In this document: positions 61,841 to 64,000 of the stretch, in pieces
Position numbering within the stretch: the first letter of the stretch is position 1
How the letters are laid out: every line of letters starts with the position of its first letter
NCBI RefSeq assembly: GCF_006345805.1
Contig: NC_042998.1
Span: 120,404,001-120,468,000 of the forward strand
DNA length: 64,000 nucleotides
Direction: 5' to 3'
Origin: Octopus sinensis
Taxonomy: Eukaryota
Made by a program: the position numbers and the translations under genes
Notes under the pieces: model-generated
Told to the model about the DNA's origin: nothing
The model's database searches: none
Seen by the model: the letters and a program-made list of their open reading frames with translations, nothing else

Positions 61841-62008
61841 AGATATTGTTATATTTCGGAATCGTCATTTTGCCAGTTTAGCCAATAACAAGATTAAGAT
61901 TAATGTAAAAAATAAATAACACTGAAGCAAAGTAACACCAAATATATAGTGCGTGTGTTGTTATTGGCTAAACTGGCAAAATGACCATTCCGAAATATAA
62001 CAATATCT
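61841..62008. repeat. 51-bp inverted repeat (50/51 identical) with a 66-nt spacer
   Basis: 61841-61891 AGATATTGTTATATTTCGGAATCGTCATTTTGCCAGTTTAGCCAATAACAA vs reverse complement of 61958-62008. Confidence 0.95.
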
Positions 62009-62477
62009 ATATATATATATATATATATATATATGATTAAAAAAACTCTATTCAATTCATTGTTTATAACAACTGTAGTTATACTTGTATTCATATAGAA
62101 TATGCTTTGGTTTGCCATGATGAAAATATAAATTTTTTCATTTGTCAAACTTCTTTTGTGTCAATGAATATTGAAGTTAGAATTTCTTGATAAAATGTTA
62201 CAGTATTGCACATGTCAAGCTGATTTGTTTTGGGTTAAATGGAAACATTATTGATTTTCTTCCGCTGCTTATAAGCTTTGAATGGACACAGTGGGAATTT
62301 TATCTGTGTATTGTTGTTCACTTGTTGCTACTCTTTCCCACAACAGTACTCCTTGCACCTGTTATTTATCTCCTTTCAATGTCTCTCTACTGTGAGAGAC
62401 ATTTACTCTTATCTGTGATTATCTTCATTTTGTGAATTGATAAGGGTGCCTCCATACAGTCACTTGGCCCACTAGAA

Positions 62478-62640
62478 GCAGCAGCCATATCTACCTGAAA
62501 TCATAACCTTCTATATTTTAAAAGGGACACATTGTATAATGATATTGTCATAGATATCCTATGTCAGAAAACTAAATCAGTGTTTTCCTGGTCGGAAAAC
62601 CTTTGATCACTGTTTTGTTCACCAAACAGCTACGATAACA
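62478..62640 (+). repeat. Dispersed repeat family (GCAGCAGCCAAATCT...AAATCA...GGACACATTG), unclassified
   Basis: Related copies at ~18620-18750, ~39345-39430, ~42320-42400, ~51870-51960 and ~54570-54640 (-). Confidence 0.55.
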
Positions 62641-63169
62641 GCGTTATGCTTCTTCTATGTTCTCCACTGTTACCCCCTCTCTCATTCTCTCACTCACTGG
62701 TCGTAAGATATTCAGTCTAGCAGTGAAGATTCAGCACCACTGTTGTTCTCAGGTGTCTGTAGGAGTCTTCAGCCATCAATGTAATCTACTTGGCACCGGT
62801 ACATGGAAAAGGAAATACACACCTCCTAGGTAGCTGCTTTATTTATTTTTACTTTCCTTACACACATTGCAATGCTTGTGTATGTATGTATGTATGTATG
62901 TGTATGAGTATGTATGGGATTTTTATTTTTTATTGTTTTATTTTAAATTTTTGTGTATGTGTGTATGTTTCAGTAAAAATATGTATGTTTGTATGTATGA
63001 TAAGATACCCCCAGTCTTCACTGTAAGATATACACAGTGCCAGAGTTTGCCAGTATTATGTTCTGGAGGGTGACCTGACAATCCATCAAACTCATGCCAG
63101 CATGAAAGAATGGACATAATATCATGATGATGGTGTGTGTGTGTATACCTATGTCTGTCTGTCTTCATA

Positions 63170-63174
63170 AATAA

Positions 63175-63222
<48 letters not shown>
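63170..63222. repeat. (TA)n microsatellite, representative of many simple repeats, e.g. (CT)n 22201-22248, (CA)n 24028-24062, (TG)n(AG)n 15394-15422, (TA)n 62008-62032
   Basis: Read directly from the sequence. Confidence 0.95.
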
Positions 63223-63223
<1 letters not shown>

Positions 63224-64000
63224 TAATATAGCTGTATGTATATATTGTATGTTGTGAGTTACATCACCACTCCTCTCAACTCCAATTTGTTTATCAGCAA
63301 CTCAGTGCTGTTGTGATTTTCTGAATCTAAATATTTATGGCGTCTGTTTGCTAAATGTCTGTTCTGGGACATTATTCTGCCTGCTGTAGTTACAAACAAG
63401 GTTTTACTGTACACTTATTTAGATGGTAGCTTGCAGAATATTAACACAAGTTTCGAAAAACAAACTAAAAGTGATTATTTAAACAAATTCATCTGCTTGT
63501 GTGTTATACACATGTACACATGAGCTTATATCTATATGTATATATATATATAATATATATATATGTATACATATAGGCATACACACACACATAAATATGC
63601 ATTTGTTAATTTGTATATTCATACACTTTCAGATACAAGGTGATTATGCTATCAAATATTTTTCTTATGAACATGTGTCTATATTTATTTTGCTTTATAT
63701 CATTAATAGTTTTAATTACTTATCAATAATTTTCACCTTTAAAAAATGCTTTTGGTTGTTACTCTATGTTAAATATAAGCCTGAGTTAAATGACATGATG
63801 ATGATTTACTGTGAGGTTCAATATTTTGGAATTTCACATATAATCAATAAATGATAATAATCCAGCATGGTACACACTCTCAATAATTCTACTGTAAATC
63901 TTACCAGTTCCTTTTACTGTGTTGTTATCTCTCTCTCTCTCCCTCTGTTCCTCACACACACACACACACATGCACATTTCACTATGAAGCAACAAAGGAA

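Noticed and set aside
1-64000. Remaining 60-130 aa ORFs in the supplied track
   Set aside because: They are low-complexity microsatellite translations, antisense frames of transposons, or Trio exons extended into introns. None shows independent coding evidence.

Overview
This is eukaryotic, AT-rich, microsatellite-rich genomic DNA. The repeat landscape suggests a coleoid cephalopod such as Octopus (inference). The window lies inside one large + strand gene, a Trio/Kalirin-family RhoGEF. I reconstructed 20 consecutive GT-AG exons by hand (7499..46134; 2556 nt, 852 codons, all intron phases compatible). They encode the later spectrin-like repeats, the complete first DH-PH (GEF1) module and the Ser/Thr-rich linker that follows. 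The 5' exons lie upstream of the window, and I found no SH3 or GEF2 exon in the last 17.9 kb. Introns are packed with mobile DNA: one young 5'-truncated RTE LINE with an open RT frame and an embedded PHD-type zinc finger, several decayed RTE copies, many short copies sharing the RTE 3' tail, tRNA-derived SINEs, a near full-length dead mariner, Tigger/pogo remnants, piggyBac, Tc1/mariner and hAT MITEs, a Helentron-like element and a Penelope RT fragment. The most striking observation is at 26.3-27.6 kb. Two inverted copies of a short element with a tRNA-like Pol III head and a Penelope-type minimal hammerhead ribozyme motif flank a Penelope RT fragment. Nearly all short ORFs in the supplied track are spurious or are pieces of these exons and transposons. 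Repeat boundaries are approximate unless a TIR or TSD is quoted.
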